From NCBI GenBank assembly GCA_024679065.1, contig JAGIQG010000023.1, forward strand, positions 32,922,001 through 32,986,000: DNA of 64,000 nucleotides, given 5' to 3'. A program made the position numbers and the translations under genes. The notes below the pieces were generated by a model, which had not been told where the DNA came from, did not search any database, and saw only the letters and a list, made by a program, of their open reading frames with translations. The stretch is from Sphyrna mokarran (Eukaryota). Positions within the stretch are counted from its first letter, which is position 1, and every line of letters begins with the position of its first letter. Shown piece by piece: positions 1 through 11,466 of this stretch.

Positions 1-964
1 TTGTAATCACAAACAAAACATATATGATCGATACCAAAGGATAATTTACATGTTAAAATAATGTTTTTCCTTACGATCATCATTCGACAAAAAAAGAAAA
101 ACAGCCTATTTCTTCCTCCTTCCTACATACTTCCAATTAACCTATCTTGCTTATTTCTCTTTCTGTCTGGGTATCTCTTTCCATTTCCGTTAGTTTGACT
201 CTGCTCTCTCCACATCTGTGATTCTGTCAAATCTGAACTTTTACTTTGATTATCACGTCCACTCAGTTATTGGAACAGTGACATTGATTGATTTATCTCA
301 CTCAAAGATCTTGACCCACTTTCCCTCCACCAGTAGATTATGTGATACTGGCAGACTTTCAATTCCTTCCTGACTTTGGTCTGTAGGAGGAATCTGGACT
401 TCACAATGCAATTTTGCATGTAAGATTTTTTCTTTCAAGCAAATGATCTACATGACACTGAGTCTGTCCTGAATCTTCACTAGACGGTGAATGCAATTAG
501 CCTCTTTACAATACTCTAACTTTTACAATGATCTTCTGATCAGCATTGAACTCTTTGTACCCCATGTATCATGACTCAGTCTTCCTTTGCTCTTATTTTG
601 TAATTTCTCTCAATTTGCTACTGACATCAGGTTTAAACAACTAAATCATGTCCTCAGAACAAGTGAGCAATGTTTGTGGATAGTGGAGAACAAAAAAAAA
701 AGCCTGTGCTGAATAGAAACATGGAAATTATTGCCCAGATTGTTACCTAGTAAATACTCTTGTTAAGCTATCTTCACAATATGTACTCTTTTCTGCATTG
801 CCATTTGATGCTGGGCGATGCAGTGGTGATATAGTATAGCGTGCCTGCCTCCATTTGTATTCAGAAACCTTTAAAACTCTTCTGACATTAACTGCGACTG
901 TTATCTGACACCAACACCCCTGTTAATCCATAAATTGCAAATCAACTTCTCAAAATATCAGTAG

Positions 965-1146
965 ATTTAGCATTTGTGGTTCAGGATGGGGGGGCGGGGT
1001 GGAGGTGTTGACTCAACAGCCTCTATCACCTTGTCTGTCCCAATTCCGGGGCGGGCGAGCTTCCCAGAACAGGAAATCTCGGTTGGCCCCGGGCAGGATT
1101 TTATGATCTTACCCAAGTGACCAAGTGCCGCCATAAAATCCTGCCT
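965..1146. mobile_element. Short GC-rich MITE-like insertion inside the Gypsy integrase remnant
   Basis: GC-rich block splitting the integrase motifs; perfect 14-bp inverted repeat ggcaggattttatg (1092-1105) / cataaaatcctgcc (1132-1145). Confidence 0.55.
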
Positions 1147-1521
1147 AACATGTTTCCACCTGCCAAAGCTATCGACCAAAACCAATTCCTCTTTCTCTTT
1201 ATTTCGCTTTCTAAAAAATTCACTTTAGAGAAGATCGATGTGTCATTCCCAGCTTTCTCTTATTTAACCACGTTCTTTCTAATTGACTTAGCTCTTTACT
1301 CATGGCTGTGAATGGTGCATCAGTGGTCTGGCCTTGCAAAATCTCAGTTCTGCATAGTCCTTTACCTTCAGCCTTGTGACTTTATCATTTGATCCTCTTT
1401 GCTCCAAAAACACTTTATGCGCTATTAGCACTTTCTCAATGTCAGATGTACTCTTACTGATCTTGACTATAAATAACTCAGCCCAATTTAACTGTATTTC
1501 CTCAAATTCATTGATTCCCAT

Positions 1522-2485
1522 TAGAACATAGAACATAGAACACTACAGTACAAACAGGCCCCTCGGCCCACAAGTTGTGCCGATCATATCTATACTTACC
1601 AGGTTATAGAACTATCTGTAACTCCCAATCCCATTAAATCCCATATACTCATCCAGAAGTCTCTTAAAAGACCCCAGCGAGTTTGCCTCGACCACCACTG
1701 AAGGCAGCCGATTCCATTCACTCACCACTCTCTGAGTGAAAAACTTACTTCTAACATCTCCTCTGTACTTGCCCCCCAGCACCTTAAACCTGTGTCATCT
1801 TGTAGCCACCATTTCAGCCCTGGGAAATAGCCTCCGAGAATCCAGTCTATCTATTCCTCTCAACATCTTATAAACCTCTATCAGGTCGCCTCTCAACCTT
1901 CGTCTCTCCAGGGAGAAGAGACCTAGCTCTCTCAACCTATCTTCATAAGGCATGCCCCCCAATCCTGGCAACATCCTTGTAAATCTCCTCTGCATCCTCT
2001 CAATAGCTTCCACATCCTTCCTATAGTGAGGCGACCAGAACTGCACACAATACTCCAAGTGGAGTCTGACAAGGGTCTTATAAAGCATTTAAAAAGCATT
2101 ACTTCCCGACTCCTAAACTCAATCCCTCTATTAATGAAGGCCAGTATACCATATGCCTTCTTGACCACATCCTCCACTTGTGAGGCCGATTTAAGAGACC
2201 TATGGACCCGGACCCCAAGATCCTTCTGCTCCTCAACACTACCAAGACTCTTACTCTTGATATTATATTGCTTCATCCCATTAGTCCTGCCAAAATGGAT
2301 CACCACACATTTATCCGCGTTGAAGTCCATCTGCCACTTCTCCGCCCAGTCTTGCATCCTATCTACGTCTCGCTGCAACTTCAGACATCCCTCCAGACCA
2401 TCCACAACATCACCAACCTTTGTATCATCGGCAAACTTACTAACCCATCCCTCCATTTCCTCATCCAGGTCATTTATGAAAATGC
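1522..2485 (-). mobile_element. 5'-truncated CR1-clade LINE (RT C-terminus, 3' UTR, microsatellite tail)
   Basis: Frameshifted ORFs 1932-2456 and 1795-2088 with SKFADDTK and [11 protein letters not shown]; (tagaaca)n tail at 1522-1541. Confidence 0.95.
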
Positions 2486-3687
2486 AAACAGTTTAGGGAG
2501 ACTTTATTGACAAACAATTAGGGAGAATATATTTCCGACAACTACTACTAATGGCAATTATTGGAGTGCATCATCATGTTCCACACTAAATCTAACTTGA
2601 TCTAACACTGGAAGATTGTTATTAAAATAGCTGCTTGGTTTCACACCAGTTACACGTAATAAAACATGATTTAAGGATTTCTTGTACATCTCACGGTTGC
2701 AGCTACATTAAGCTTGAAAGTTAAGTTGTAAATCTCTGCCTTTTGTTCTCCTGATAGTGCTGCAATTTTATCTTCAGTCCTATTACTCCAATCTTCCAAA
2801 TCTGTTTGGCCCGAGTATTAATTATGATCTTTCTGCTCGATAGTATCAAGTTTTGTTTCCATATCTTTCACATGAGCAATCAAAGGATTTCCAGACTTGA
2901 ACTAGATTCCGATCTACTACATACTTGACCTATTATATGTTTGTGACTTGCAGCCTTACCAATTAGAGCATTGTGACATTTTGACAGGAAATGAGGGCAT
3001 TGAAATGATTGTTGTCTTCCATGGCAACCGTAACACCTGAATATCAAACTCTGACATTGTGAGCTTGGTTGCTATGAGATGGATCCTGCTGAAATCTGGT
3101 GGACCTCCCCTGCCAGCTCAGGAGAAGAATTCCCTTGCATTTTGCAGCTATCTCTCTGCAATTGCCCTGCCTGTGGCCATGTCACAGGCCTCCTTCCACA
3201 GCAGCTTGTTGCCTTCTCTCAGAAGCTTGGCCTGCATCTGTTGTTTGTATTCAGCCTTCAAAGAACATATCTCTAAGGTCAATTTTTGAAGTTTGTGCCA
3301 TTTGGACAGTGATGAGAGAGTTTCTTTAATTTGAGAATGTCATCTAAAACAACCTCACTTGACAGCTGCTTCCCTTCACAGAATGTAATTCTCAGTGCAA
3401 TCTCATTCTTCACAGTGTCATAACAAGAGTCCAGATCTCATTAACTTCAAATAGGCCATTACATTATTGTCTCCTAGGCAACACTGGTTAGATGCCACCT
3501 TAAAAGCAACTGGCATTAAAATAGAGACAAAAACATTTACTTTATCCTCATCTTCTATTTTATTCACTTTTAAACAAATGTGAAGCCGACATTTGTAATT
3601 CCATCAATCAGATTTTTTTTAGGGTTAAATTCCCCCACTGTCCGTACTTTGCTGTTGTTTTTCAATTATTTGACTGCTAAATCATTG

Positions 3688-3932
3688 AACAGAATTCTCT
3701 GGTCTCCAAACCATGTGTTTCCCAGCAGTGAGGAGTGGGGAGAGGGAGAGGTAAGAGAGAGAGATGGGGGGGTTGCACCACTCACTGTTGGTGGAATCTT
3801 TGGGTCCCACCACTGTCAATGATGGGATTTTCCTTTGATTCTACCCCATGCCACCAGGAAACCTGCAGCAGAGGTGCCCCATCAGTAGGGCCAGAAGATT
3901 CTGCTGGTGTGATTGGCTGGAGAATTCTGGCC
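3688..3932. mobile_element. MITE-like element of a family recurring in the window (ggccagaattctcc-type ends)
   Basis: Ends cagaattctctggtc / ggctggagaattctgg; related copies at ~18740-18880, 31190-31370, 49878-50510 and 54950-55210. Confidence 0.55.
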
Positions 3933-4207
3933 ATTGTATTCAGTTGAATGTAATATGCACATGGAGCAATCTTTCAAATGCTCATCTTTCTTCAAAATCG
4001 GCTTTGAAGTTTTAAAAATTAGTTTTCAGTGAAAATTGTCACCATCATGTGGACTCACAGCAGGCAGTTGGGCAGGCTTTATTTATTTACACCTCCCTAA
4101 CAGCAAGGGCAGCAGAAATAGCAATTGAAAAAAAAAATTCTATCACAGCACACCTTGTTTTCAGTGATACTCCATGAAATAGGGTGGCACAATGGCACAG
4201 TGTTTAC

Positions 4208-7028
4208 AAAGAACAAAGAACAAAAAACAAAAACAGCATGGGAAACAGGCACTTCGGCCCAACGAGCCCGCGCCGCCACCCCAATGTTCCCACCTCTACC
4301 TATGATCCCTGTCTATGTTTATAGACCGATGGATTAAAAACCAAATTTGAGACAACTTAGGGAGAATTCGTTTTGCCAATTAGTTTAAGAGCACATCTTT
4401 GGGATGTGGGAGGAAACCGGAGCACCCGGAGAAAGCCCATGCAAGCACAGGGAGAATGCGCAAACTCCCACAGACACAGGCCCAAATCCATGTATCTGCA
4501 CAGCACAGCGATTCTCACTGAGCTGTTGTGTTGCCCATCAAATGGTCCAGGTCAAGCGTACACTAACGACATGAAGCACAAGGATACTCTTGAAAAAAAA
4601 ATCCAAGAGCAGCCCTCTCACAACCCATCGCTTGTGTGCCCCTTGTTAGACAACAAGGTGGACCAAAGCACCTGTAGGATAAAAACAAGTACATCAATAT
4701 TATCATCTATTTACACACTTCCCAGGGACTCCCAAGGCTCATGATACCTATTTTAAATCAGTTTTCTATACCCCTCCATTCCCCTTCTGTTCATGTGCCC
4801 ATCTAAGTATTTCTTAAATATCTCCAGAGTACCTGCCTCCACCACTTTACTTGGCAGCGCATTCCATACCCCCACCACCCTCTGTGTGAAAAAACTCCCT
4901 CTAGCATCCAAATTATACCTTACCCCCCTCACCCTAAGCCCGTGACCCCTCGTGCTATTCGAGTCCATCCTAGGAAAAAGCTTAACCCTGTTTACTCTAT
5001 CTATACCCCTCATAATCTTGTACACCTCTATTAGATCTCCTCTAAGTCTACGTCTTTCTAAGGAAAACAGTCCCAATTTGCCTAACCTCTCCTCGTAACT
5101 CAGACCTTCCATACCAGGCAGCATCCTGGTAAACCTCCTCTGCACTCTCTCCAGAGTCTCCACGTCCTTCCGGTAGTAAGGCGACCAGAACTGGAAGCAG
5201 TATTCCAAATGAGGTCTAACCAACGTTTTATACAACTGCAACATTAAAGGCCAGCTCTTGTACTCTATACCTCTTCCTATAAAGGCTAGCATACTATATG
5301 CTTTCTTCACAACCTTCTCCACTTGCTCTGCCACCTTCAGAGACTGTGCACCTGAACCCCCAGGTCCCTCTGCGTTTCTATACTCTTAATAGATCTACCC
5401 TTTATCATATACCTCCCCTCTACATTCTTTCTTCCGAAATGCATCACCTCACATTTATCAGGATTGAATTCCATCTGCCATCTATCTGCCCAAGCTACCA
5501 GCCTAACTATGTCCTGCTGCATCGCCTGACAATGCTCCTCACTATCCACAAGTCCAGCAATCTTTGTATCGTCTGCAAACTTGCTGATCACTCCACTTAC
5601 TCCCTCTTCCAAGTCATTTATATATATTATAAATAGAAGAAGTTCCAGTACCGAGCCCTGCGGCACACCACTAGTGACCAACCTCCAGCTAGAGAAACAT
5701 CCTTCCACTATTACTCTCTGTCTCCTATTACTAAGCCAGTTACTTATCCATCTAGCTACCTGTCAGAATTGTGGTCACTGTTAGCCACATGTTCCCCTAC
5801 TACAACATCAACCACTGCCCTGGCTCATTACTCAGAACTAAAGCCAATATAGCCCCTTCTCTAGTCGGGCTAGCCACATACTGCTCCAACGATCCTTCCA
5901 GTACACATTTTACAAATTCCTGCCCATCCAAACCCCGAGCTCTAGGTACTTTCCAATCCACCCTAGTGAGATTAAAATCTCCCACTATAACGACTCTGTT
6001 CTTTCTGCACCTATCCAAAATGTCTTCACATATATCATGAGCCTTGGGAGTCCCTGGGAAGTGTGTAAATAGATGATGATATTGATTACTTGTTTTTATC
6101 CTACAGGTGCTTTCATCCACCTTGTTGTCTAACAAGGGGCATACACGCAATGGGTTGTGAGAGGGCTGCTCTTGGATTTTTTTTCGAGAGTATCCTAGTG
6201 CTTCACGTCGTTAGTGTACGCTTGACCTGGACCACTTGATGGGCAACACGACAGCTCAGTGACTATCGCTGTGTGTGCAGATACATGGATTTGGACCTGT
6301 GTCTGTGGGAGTTTGCGCATTCTCCCCGTGCTTGCGTGGGTTTTCTCCGGGAGCTCCGGTTTCCTCCCACATCCCAAAAATGTGTTCTTAGGCTAATTAG
6401 CAAAACAAATTCTCCCTAAATTGTCTCAAATTTGGTTTTTAATCCATAGATCTATAAACATAGACAGGGATCGCGGATAGAGGTGGGAACATCGGGGTGG
6501 CGGCGCGGGCTCATTGAGCCGAAGGGCCTGTTTCCCGTGCTGTTTTGTTCTTTGTTCTTTATATGCCTTCTTCAACTATCCGCGGGCTGTTGGGTGGCCT
6601 ATAATACACCCCTAGCATAGTAATAGCCCCCTTTCTATTCCTCAACCCCACCCACAGCGACTCCGCTCCTAACTCCTCTGTATTGTCCTCCCTCTGCACC
6701 ACCGTGATGCTCTCCTTAACTAACAACGCCACTCCTCCACCTCTTCTGGACCCTCCTCTGTCACACCTGAAACACTTACACCCAGGAATGTTCAGTTGCC
6801 ACTGCTCCCCTTCCTTTAACCACGTCTCTGTCACCACAACCACATCCAAGTTCCTCGCAATCATTAAGGCCCTAAGTTCATCCGTTTTTCCCGTTATGCT
6901 CCTCGCATTGAAACAGACACACTTCAGACCTCCAAGCCCACTCGAAACCTCCTTCTCCCTGATGTAGTTCTTCTCATCCAAGCTTACTCTATCTCCCATC
7001 TCGCTCTCTACCGAGCTATCAGTCTCAG
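4208..7028 (-). mobile_element. Internally deleted CR1 LINE (APE endonuclease joined to RT C-terminus) with a ~535-bp composite 3' tail, inserted into a SINE head
   Basis: ORFs 6559-6999 (FNARSI, TETWL, YYRPP), 5800-6150 (VGDFN), 5337-5708 (GVPQGSVL, KFADDTK), 4753-5334 (HLEYC..FWSP). SINE head ggcacaatggcacagtgttta at 4186-4206 resumes as ctgcctcacagc at ~7034. Confidence 0.92.
6033..6560 (+). mobile_element. Second, inverted copy of the ~535-bp composite tail/SINE-like unit nested in the CR1 endonuclease domain
   Basis: Reverse-complement match to 4208-4746 along its length; splits the codons EEGI|CEDI; atat at 6030-6033 and 6561-6564 is a possible target-site duplication. Confidence 0.9.
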
Positions 7029-7285
7029 CCCCTCTGCCTCACAGCATTTGGGACCCAGGTTCAATTCTGGCTTTGGGTGACTGTCTGTGCAGAGACTGCA
7101 CGTTCTCCCTGTGTTGGCATGGGTTTCCTCTGGGTACTCTGGTTTCCTCACACAGTCTAAAACAGTGCTTTTTAGGTGCATTGGCCATGCTCAATTCTCC
7201 CTCACCCGAACAGAGTTTGGCAACTAGGCGATTTTACAATAGCTTAATTGCGGTGTTAATGTAAACTTACTTGGGACAGTAAAAA
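7029..7285 (+). mobile_element. tRNA-derived SINE body (HE1/V-SINE-like); head displaced to 4182-4206
   Basis: B-box-like ggttcaattc, core ggtgactgtctgtgcagagactgcacgttctccc, tail shared with 12120-12415. Confidence 0.85.
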
Positions 7286-8119
7286 AAGTAATATCAAAGA
7301 AACAATACTTTGATAAATTTTATCTGTCTAGATATCATCAACCATCCTGAGGTAAGCCACAATTCCTGGGGATCAAGGAACAGCATGCCAGCTACAGAGC
7401 TGTGTCAACTACTGCAAGTATACCTACAGCCTCCATGCAATTTATGGCTGGTACAAACAACGATAATGGTTACCTGTAGCCTGAAATATGGCTGCACCTC
7501 CTAGCAATGTTAGCCTATGCTTGTTGCACTATAGGCAACAAGGAGTAGAGAGCAATCACTCTCATTTCTGTTGCCATTAAAAAGGAGATTTATATGTAGC
7601 ACTACTCCATTACTTACCTATGGATTTTTACCATTTCCTTCACTTTTGATTGCTACTTCTTGGACCCTCCTTCCCTTCTAGCTCAGAAAATGGTGACAAA
7701 CGGAGAGGGCAGTGCACAAAATGCAAAACAATGAGACCCCAACACAAGGTGGTCTCAGCTCATTAACTGAGTAGCCTGCTAATCAAAATGGTATATGTAC
7801 CAGGCTGGTTTTTTGGACACTGATAGGGCTGATATTCTATTTAATAGCAATACCAGAGACCCTTCCCAATCTCGTTCCACAATGATGTGAACCTGGCCCT
7901 TCCTGATCCAATCTCTCTTCCCTTGAGTCGATAGTGTTGCCCTGACCTGCTCCAACCTTTCCAGATCAGAGCTAATACAGATCATGGGCTGAAACATTGG
8001 CCAGGGTTTTACTGGCACACTCACCTGAGGCCTGTAAGATCGTTACCAAGGCCAATGGGAAATGCCATTCTGCAAACCCGCCTGGTCCGAAATTGGGGCC
8101 ATTATGCTGGTAAAATTAG

Positions 8120-8390
8120 GATGTAGAGATGCCGGCGTTGGACTGTGGTAAACTCAGTAAAGTTTGACAACACCAATTTTAAATCCAACCAGAACACTGA
8201 CCAGAACACTGCATTTGCCTGACGAAGACGAAAAGTCGAAAGCTTGCTGATTTACTATCAAATAAATTGGTTGGATAAAATTAGGGCCATGAACTCTGTT
8301 TCTCTCTTTAGAGAAGCTGCCTGGTCTCTTGAATATTTCTAGCATTTTTATTTATATTTCATCTTTGCAGCATGCGCAGTACTTTGTCAT
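8120..8390. mobile_element. Penelope-like element terminal-repeat remnants with a hammerhead-like core
   Basis: gatgtagagatgccggcgttggact end motif; ctgacga-a-gac-gaaaa-gtc-gaaa-gctt at 8219-8245 followed by aataaa. Family assignment from recall. Confidence 0.55.
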
Positions 8391-8771
8391 TGTTTCTCTT
8401 CTCCCACCAGTAGTGCGCAAGGTGGACTGTCATCTGATTCTACCGCTGTTTTCTCCTTGCCAGAGGCTTATAGCTTGAGGAATACCATCTCCCCCTGCAC
8501 CAAGCATAGCTGACCTGGAGTCTCTCCTATTAGTGCCACCTGCATGTCAGAAGGAATTGTTACTCATAACATTTGGCCATATTCCTTGGCCATCAAGTCT
8601 TGGGGTGGGATTCGAACCTGAAACTCCTGGTTAGAAGTTGGATCATGATTCATTGCACTGCAAGACTTCCCACATGCAATACTTTGCTGTCCTATTGCTC
8701 CATGCTGGGCAAATGTAAGTGTGGCTAGTTTCAATTTTAAATGAGAAATATTTATCATGTACTGCAAAGGG

Positions 8772-9095
8772 GTGGCACGGTGGCACAGTGGTTAGCTCTG
8801 CTACCTCACAGTGCCAGGACCCAGGTTCAATTCGATCTCAGATCACTGTCTGCGTGGAATTTGCACATTCTCCCTGTATCTGCCTGGGTTTCCTCCGGGT
8901 GCTCAGGTTTCCTCCCACAGTCCAAAGATTGGTGGGTTAGGTTGATTGGCCGTGCTAAATTGATGCTAGTGTTGGGGGGGATTAGCAGGATAATATATGG
9001 GGTTACAGGATTAGGCCCTGGGCGGGATTGTAGTCGTTGCAGACATGATGGGCTAAATGGCCTCCTTCTGCACTGTTGGGATTCTATGACTTCCA
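8772..9095 (+). mobile_element. Full-length HE1/V-SINE-like tRNA-derived SINE with CR1-like tail
   Basis: A box tggcacagtggttag, B box ggttcaattcg, conserved core, tail cttctgcactgttgggattctatga. Confidence 0.9.
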
Positions 9096-9439
9096 TGAAA
9101 GTATAACATTTCTGATAATAAAGCCTCCTTGTGTGGATATGACGAGCACATTATTGCAAGTGAATTGGTGCTAATTTACTGGAAGGTTTTGCCACTTTTA
9201 AACTTGGAAATGAAACTAGGGCAGTTCACGCCAACGGTATTCTCCTGTACTTTTGCTAAGTGCCAAATTCTCCATCCTCTCTGGCAGTGGTGGTGGGGTG
9301 GAGAATTCCAGCCCAGGAGTCATGTGCCAATGGAATAAGTCACTGTTAGTTTAAGCCATTCTTACTTGTAGTGGGATTGTTATTTGCAGTACTCCTGAGG
9401 TTTAGATATTTTGGATGTCATTATCCAGATGTTGCATCA

Positions 9440-9740
9440 GGCCAAGTTTGAAGAAGTAAAGATAGTGTATGATATATATGATCAAGATGTGTGTAATCAT
9501 CTAACAAAGCTGTGGTTGTAAAGGAGATTATGCTAAAACTTAACCTTTCGATAGGCTTTAGAAATCAAGACCTTAAAGTACAAAAGCCAAGAAATTTTGT
9601 TGAAGCGGTATGAAATGCTTTGAACCCATTGTAACCATGGTTCTCAATTCTGGGTACCCGAATGATGTGAAGGATTTGGAGCGAGATCAAAAGGAATTTA
9701 ATGGAATGATCCTGGTCATGAGAAATTACAGAGTAACTGA
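9440..9740 (+). mobile_element. Old degenerate CR1 RT C-terminal fragment
   Basis: Degenerate VQFW / KDVKDLER..KEF.GMI motifs (ORF 9610-9894). Confidence 0.55.
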
Positions 9741-10447
9741 GGCGGACAGTGGGGAGGCGAAAGTTGCCATCTTAATGGCTCATCCTGTCAGTAAGACTGG
9801 GGAAGAATTGAAAAATGGGCTTCATGCCCAGTTGTTTGCCTCTTGCAATGTTACCAATCCTGTTCTGCTGGCAAAACCAGCTCTACAGCCATAAAGGGCA
9901 CAAATACGATTTCCTGTAACTACTGTCAATCATTCTCTCTCCTCCTGTATGTTTCGCAGTACTCCAACCCAAACCGTGCAGTCTGTGAGGAGCAGCAAAT
10001 GGATACACTTCCCACAGACAAAATTGTCAGGGAAACTGGATTGCTCCCTAATTTCCCACAAATGGCAAGAGGAGCATACCACTATCCTAACTGCCATACT
10101 ATCCTTATTCAGGTAAAAGGATAAAAGAATCTCAACTCACCTTTCCTTTTCTTGTGGTCTTCCTGATGAAGATTTTTTTTTTGGTTGAAGGATGAGGTAG
10201 GGAGGGAGTGTTTGATGTTTAAATATCTCTATATAACAGCTCCTACACAGACTACCTTGTGGTACCTTCTGCTGTCATTATTTGGTCAGCCACTGTGTTG
10301 CATCCATTGTTAGTTTTGATTTGATTTGTTTCCCAGTTAGACTTCCCTTATCAACTGTCCTTTTGAAAGGTGCCACACTCCCACAAAACAACTTGTTTTT
10401 TTTGCCAGTGATTTCTATTTCTGAATAACTGTTGCTGAACAGACATA

Positions 10448-11466
10448 GGACCTGATTTTACCATTTTCATTCTAAGCGCTGAATCTCAGCATAATGCAAA
10501 TCCGACTTAAAAATCTGCTTTCAGGTGCCCCCATTCACACTCAGCCATCTCCAATCTCATTCGCACTGTGAATGGGGCTTAGCACGGCCAAAACAATCGG
10601 AGCTCTGAACTGCACATGCACAGTTGGAAAAAAATTTGTAAAAGCGCACCCATGTCAGATCATGGAGAAAGCAGCTCAAGAGCAACAAGCAGGAATGATG
10701 ATGCATACAGACATCACTGGCCCTTTATCCACCCCATCATCACCCACACACATCACTCCCCCTTATCCACCCCTCCACCACCTACACACATCACTATCCA
10801 CCTTATCCACCCCCACACCACCCACACACATCACTGTCCTCCTTATCCACCCCATCACCACCCACACACATCACTGTCCTCCTTATCCACCCCCCTACTA
10901 ACCATGCACATCACTGTCCCCCTTATCTACACCCCCACTATCCTGACCAATCGCTACCTCTGCCCTCCTCCCCACCAATCAGCATGGCAGCGGACCCCCC
11001 CTGCATCCCCCCACACTAGAAAGCCATCTGCACCCCCCCTCAACAACTGAGTGATCGGACCTACCCCCACCCCTCGATAACGATCTAGACTTACTCCTCA
11101 CTGCTGCAACCCCACCACTGATCTAGTCAGAGAGCCATTGGAAACACTGAACATGGTTCTTAGAAGCTGGAGCACCCAATTCAGACTTTCATTTAGCAGG
11201 TCCATTGTGGCACAGTTCCAGATTGGTAAACACAGTGGTAATGGGGGACATGCTGATAGAGTTGGGCAGGCAATTCATTAATTCAATTTAAATGCATGTA
11301 AATACATTTAAATCATCACTGCATTTCCGGATTGCCGCATTTCCGGGTTTCAGTAAAGTGGCAATTGGTGCTGATGCAGGCGTGGATGGCGTTAATGGCC
11401 TCACACCTGATTTTATCATGTTTTCACATCCGAAAACGGGCGCAACGCAATGGTAAAATCAGGTCC
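10448..11466. mobile_element. Non-autonomous DNA transposon (PIF/Harbinger-like) with perfect 18-bp TIRs
   Basis: ggacctgattttaccatt (10448-10465) and aatggtaaaatcaggtcc (11449-11466); flanks ata / gta; no transposase ORF. Confidence 0.8.
10710..10930. repeat. C-rich minisatellite, ~38-40-bp unit, about 5-6 copies
   Basis: Repeated catcactgtcctccttatccacccc...cacccacaca units. Confidence 0.9.

Larger units (their letters stand above)
105..3560 (-). mobile_element. Decayed Ty3/Gypsy LTR retrotransposon internal region (gag, zinc knuckle, protease, pre-RT linker, integrase; RT/RNase H apparently deleted), interrupted by a CR1 and a MITE
   Basis: Manual minus-strand translation, in gag-pol order with stops and frameshifts: LKLKKLSHHC and MQAKLLREGNKLLWKEACDMA (gag, ~3170-3400); CYGCHGRQQSFQCPHFLSKCHN (knuckle, ~2970-3035); LPLVVVVGN (~2535-2560); EEIQLNWAEL...LRFCKARP (ORF 1300-1536); LVLVDSFGRW (~1160-1190); FAIYGLTGVLVSDN and PASNGNAEK (integrase core, ~790-945); HVDHLL (~435-455); purine tract near 110-125. 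Confidence 0.8.

Noticed and set aside
2960-3490. Apparent enhancer with RFX X-box-like (gtctcctaggcaac, ccatggcaac) and TGACAG motifs
   Set aside because: The segment translates as Gypsy gag on the minus strand; the motifs are explained as TE sequence and there is no evidence of exaptation.
8772-8835. tRNA gene-like A and B boxes, here and at many other sites
   Set aside because: These are SINE heads followed by the SINE core and tail; no intact cloverleaf.
10710-10930. CRISPR-like periodicity
   Set aside because: No unique spacers, degenerate tandem units, eukaryotic context.
10572-11050. Pro/His/Thr-rich ORFs
   Set aside because: Translations of the C-rich minisatellite inside the TIR element.
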